From: an uncultured virus (IMG/VR IMGVR_UViG_3300020045_006345)
Taxonomy: Duplodnaviria; Heunggongvirae; Uroviricota; Caudoviricetes
IMG/VR virus record: IMGVR_UViG_3300020045_006345
Direction: 5' to 3' (one strand)
Length of the DNA: 36,742 bases
This document shows positions 33,434-36,742 of the stretch, in pieces (position 1 is the first letter of the stretch; every line of letters begins with the position of its first letter). The notes below the pieces were generated by a model. It did no database searches. It was not told where the DNA came from and saw nothing but the letters and a program-made list of their open reading frames with translations. A program made the translations under genes and the position numbers.

Positions 33434-36427
33434 ATGATGACCCAGGCGCAATTCGACGCCGCTGTAGCCGCCGAGATCGTTGACTACTACGCAGACCCTC
33501 TAGGGTTCGTTAAGTTCATCTATCCTTGGGGCCAAAAAGATACCCCGCTTGAGCCGTGGACGGAGCCTGATATATGGCAGATTGACTTCCTCGAAGACCT
33601 CGGGGACCAGATAAAGGCCAATGCTTTTAACGGCGTTGATGCTGTCGCTCCGATCCGGATGTCCATAGCCTCCGGCCACGGGATTGGCAAGCTCCACGCT
33701 AAGTCACTGATATTAAACGTACCAGAGGGCGTAACGAGGTGGGGGGACCTTAAAGTAGGGGACCGAGTGTTCGGATCCTCAGGTAGCAGCACTCGTATAA
33801 CTCATATCCACGAGCACGGCATAAAACCCATATACAAACTGAAGTTCGACGACGGGTCAGAGACCTTAGTCGGCCTGGAACATTTATGGAATGTCCGCGG
33901 CCGCCAGGAGCGCCGTAAAGGGTTAGACACATGGAGGACCCTATCCACCGAGGACATATTGGACCTGGGGGTTAAGCGCTCTAACGGTACTGCGCTAGCT
34001 CGCCAATGGGAGATACCAGTACAAGGGGCCGCCGAATTCGACGAACGTGAGATAGATATACACCCGTACGTCGTTGGAGTGTGGATTGGGGACGGAGCTA
34101 AAGGGTCCCCCCGGTATTGCAAGCCTTACCCTGAGCTCGCAGACCGTATCCGGTCGCTAGGGTATGAAGTGGTAGATCACGCTGACGGCAAAACCAAGTA
34201 CATAACATGTGTGGCTCATCTGTTCAAGGAGGGGGTGTTTGATGAGAACTCTCATAACAGGTATATCCCTGATGAATATAAGTTCAACACTATAGAGAAC
34301 CGCCGAGAACTCCTCCGTGGATTACTCGACTCCGATGGCGAGGCGCATCAGTCAGGGTCTATAGGGTATAGCTCTACCAGCAAGAAGCTTATTGATGACG
34401 TCATCTGGCTAGTACGGTCTTTAGGCGGCAAAGCGTCGTTACAACCTGCGCCAAAACAGTGCTGCTATTACAACGACGCCCGAGAACGCGTACCGTGCAA
34501 AGATTGTTACAGAGCTACGATCAATCTGGATTGGAACCCGTTCACCCTGGAGCATCGTAAGGCTAACTACAAGCCATCCGAACACAGGTACATGACCCGG
34601 TGGATTGACAGTATTGAGTATTCGCATGACGAGGATGCTATGTGCATCACCGTAGATGCCCCGGACCACCTGTATCTAGCCAACGATTTCATAGTCACCC
34701 ACAACAGTGCGTTAACTTCGTGGATCATTCATTTTATTATGTCCACCCGGCCTATGGCTAAGGGCGTAGTAACTAGCGGCAAGTACGAACAGCTTAAAGA
34801 TAAAACCTGGGCGGAGCTGGCTAAATGGAAAAAGCTATCCATCAACCGTACCTGGTTTGAATACCGCGGCTCGAAGGGTAACCTGCAGTATTACCGCGAA
34901 GGCCATAAAGAGAACTGGTCGGTAACAGGGCAGGCATGCACTAAAGAAAACGCGGATTCATTCGCAGGGCTGCACAATAACCGGAGCACGCCATTTTTTC
35001 TTTTTGATGAAGCGTGTCACAAAGAGGGGACCGAGGTACTCACCGAATCAGGGTGGAAAGAGTTTAAGCATCTATCAGATGCTGATCGGGTGCTAACAAT
35101 GGACCCGGAAACCTGTGAGACACGCTACGCAGAGTTAACGGCGGTACATGCTCACTACCACACCGGTGATATGTATACCTACGCATCGGCCGGGGCGAGT
35201 TTTTCCGTTACCGGCAATCATAGAATGCTCTACTCCACCCGGAAACATCCAGGGTTACGCTTTAAACCCATGTCGGATATTATTACCGGCAATACCTACC
35301 TACCTAGATCGGTAAGCTGGGACGGTAGCGACGCCCTGTGGTTTACGATCCCCGAGTACCGATCTGCCAGGAAGCAATACCCAAGGCATACCGTTTATAT
35401 GGATGATTGGGCTGAGTTCTTGGGGTGGTATATCACCGAAGGATGTCTTATGCGCCAGAAGGCAGGTCCTATATGTGGGGCTCGTATTGCCCAGGATCAA
35501 AACCACTACAGGGCGGAAATTTTAGCCCTATGTCAGAAGCTAGGGTTTAAATCGGTAGAAACTAAAGATGGCAAGGCAGTGCTAGTTTATGATGTGGCGT
35601 TAGGGAATTACTTAGCTGCTTCGGTAGGCGTAAATTGCTTATCCCTACGAGTACCTATAGAGATACGAAGGGCGACTCCAAGGATTATAAATATATTTTT
35701 AGACGCCGCTGTTAAGGGGGACGGGTACAAAAAGGAGTCTCGCGATATCATCTACACGTCCAGCGAACGCTTAGCCGGGGATTATCAAGAACTAGTGTTA
35801 AAGACTGGGGTGAATTCTACAGTATGCAGACGCCCCCTCGAAGGTAAGAGCAACTGGATTAAAGACCATTGGGCTATATCTACCACTGATGGGTACTACG
35901 TATCCCGCAGTAAGGTATCAACCTCGATCTATCTCCGGAGTGGAAACTTAAAAATTGAACCCTACGAGGGTATGGTTTACTGCGCTACGGTTCCGGTTAC
36001 CGGTACTCTATTGACCCGGCTCAACGGGAAGGTTTTGTGGAGTGGTAACTCCGCGGTCCCCGACGAAATCTACGAAGTAGCGGAAGGCGGACTCACGGAC
36101 GGAGAGCCGATGATATTTCTGTTCGGCAACCCGACTAAAAGCACCGGCCGTTTCCACGACACCTTCGCCGATATGAGCCACCGCTGGACAAACAAACAGA
36201 TAGACTCCCGTACGGCTAAGATGCCGAACAAGGCCCTGATCGACGAATGGATTACCGATTACGGCGAAGACTCAGATTTCGTACGCGTACGTGTAAGAGG
36301 TCAGTTCCCTCGTGTCGGGGACATGCAGTTCATATCCTCGGAAGTGGTGTCGCTGGCAGTATCGCGTACCCTTGAGAACACTGATGTAGACCCTATCGTT
36401 ATTGGGGTGGACGTGGCGTATCAGGGT
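33434..36427 (+). CDS. terL: Terminase large subunit with two inteins; recognisable sequence stops at ~36427 (the frame stays open to the window end)
   Basis: Not in the ORF track. AGGAG at 33418-33422, then MMTQAQF...YADPLGFV...PWG...WQ...SIASGHGIGK|SAL (Walker A), FAGLH...FLFDEA|SAVPDEI (Walker B), FGNPT, YGEDSDFVRVRVRGQFP, and IVIGVDVA (first acidic motif of the nuclease). Confidence 0.92.
33692..34705 (+). mobile_element. Intein 1 (338 aa), class 3-type, with a LAGLIDADG homing endonuclease, inserted in Walker A
   Basis: GK|LHAKSLILNVPEGVTRWGDLKVGDRVFG...EHLW...VVGVWIGDG...LLRGLLDSDG...AMCITVDAPDHLYLANDFIVTHN|S. Confidence 0.9.
35015..36049 (+). mobile_element. Intein 2 (345 aa), Cys1 class 1-type, with a LAGLIDADG homing endonuclease, inserted just after Walker B
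   Basis: DEA|CHKEGTEVLTESGWK...VTGNHRM...FLGWYITEG...FLDAAVKGDG...VYCATVP...WSGN|S. Confidence 0.9.
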
Positions 36428-36682
36428 GTCCAGGTTATCCAGGATGGTGTCCGCTATGCGGTTGATCAGAAACTGATCCGGATGCATGCCGAACAGTGTC
36501 GCGATGTTGAAAGCAGTATCGGCCAGGTACTTAGGCTCTACGTATTTATACGCAGCGCTGAGGGGGATGGCAAATATAGGGACTCTACCCCGTTTGACAG
36601 GGTAAAGGCCCATAGCGGGTTCGCGCTCATGCGGCTCATCGGGTACGTCGACGAAGCCAAATCGCACTGCGATGTCACTCAT
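36413..36682 (-). CDS. Phage hypothetical protein, probably truncated at the junction with terL
   Basis: MSDIAVRFG...EPAMGLYP...IPLSAAYKY...IATLFGMHPD...RIADTILDNLDTLIRH looks like genuine protein, with GGAG RBS and ATGA overlap. The rest of track ORF 36272..36682 is antisense to terL. Confidence 0.55.
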
Positions 36683-36741
36683 ACGGTTCTCCAGTTAACA
36701 GATTTTTTACGGGCGGAGCGCTTACGCGCTATAGGATTGAC
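36679..36741 (-). CDS. 3' end of a gene entering from the right edge (...VNPIARKRSARKKSVNWRTV*), possibly the TerL C-terminus
   Basis: Open frame ending in a TGA that overlaps ATG 36682. It has a basic tail ending in NWRTV. Confidence 0.4.
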   Translation of the reverse strand, partial: VNPIARKRSARKKSVNWRTV

Positions 36742-36742
36742 C

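Noticed and set aside
33114..35506. Minus-strand track ORFs within the terL region
   Set aside because: They are antisense to the clearly recognisable coiled-coil and terminase/intein frames.

Overview
This window is the late (virion, lysis and packaging) region of a tailed dsDNA phage or prophage, most likely with podovirus-type architecture. I recognised no host housekeeping genes, rRNA, tRNA, CRISPR array, integrase, portal or major capsid gene. Most genes are on the minus strand. Read right to left they are: a terminase-small-subunit-like gene, a GH19 endolysin fused in frame to a 3TM holin, tail-fibre/adaptor cassettes with paralogous duplications, a nozzle-like protein, three large putative ejection proteins, and one giant polyvalent protein of about 2,750 aa. 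The giant gene is split in the ORF track only by a 100-N scaffold gap. It carries pyrophosphatase, ADP-ribosyltransferase, metallopeptidase and PLxRFG modules. A divergent plus-strand unit encodes a large terminase that is absent from the ORF track because it has no stop in the window. It has two LAGLIDADG inteins, one in Walker A (class 3, starting with Leu) and one in Walker B. At about 36,420 the terminase is cut by an apparent inversion breakpoint. The left edge holds the 3' end of a convergent gene resembling divergent adenylosuccinate synthetases. All family assignments come from recognising motifs by eye, not from database searches.
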